The notes below the pieces were generated by a model that searched no databases, was not told the origin of the DNA, and was given only the letters and a program-made list of their open reading frames with translations. Positions 63,934 to 64,000 of a stretch of 64,000 bases of DNA are shown here, piece by piece. Within the stretch, counting starts at the first letter, position 1. Every line of letters starts with the position of its first letter. The position numbers were made by a program, and so were the translations under genes. This DNA comes from Octopus sinensis (Eukaryota), in NCBI RefSeq assembly GCF_006345805.1, contig NC_042998.1:121148001-121212000 (forward strand), written 5' to 3'.

Positions 63934-64000
63934 ATCCCAGTGTTTCACTGGTACTTAATTTATTGATCCTGAAAGGATGAAAGGCAAAGTTGACCTTGGC

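Noticed and set aside
63751-63958. Poly-Arg and poly-Leu ORFs
   Set aside because: Translations of the (TTC)n retro-tail.

Overview
AT-rich, repeat-dense animal genomic DNA. The SINE, RTE, mariner and (TA)/(CA) microsatellite repertoire looks like an octopus (coleoid cephalopod); this is recalled from family patterns, not verified by a search. One protein-coding gene is well supported: a minus-strand BRI3 (brain protein I3, LITAF-like CxxC-hydrophobic-CxxC) orthologue. Its three coding exons (45170-45068, 36825-36695, 33802-33671) splice in frame through GT-AG junctions to a 121-aa protein. The rest is mainly decayed or truncated mobile DNA: RTE-clade LINE pieces, tRNA-headed SINEs, three mariner relics, hAT MITEs, a Helentron/DINE-like element, a CR1/L2-group LINE 3' end, four R4/Dong-type REL-endonuclease fragments beside (AAT)n tracts, and kilobases of microsatellite. 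Almost all long ORFs in the supplied track are microsatellite artefacts. The most notable observation is a 745-bp insertion with a 15-bp TSD in the last BRI3 intron (33981-34725). Its two inverted arms each pair a tRNA-like Pol III head with a minimal hammerhead-ribozyme motif, suggesting a Penelope-dependent SINE or retrozyme-like element. Also notable: a SINE-LINE shared 3' stem-loop with compensatory base changes, two further long palindromes, and PSAP plus PPxY motifs in BRI3. All calls come from reading the sequence; no searches, folds or counts were run.
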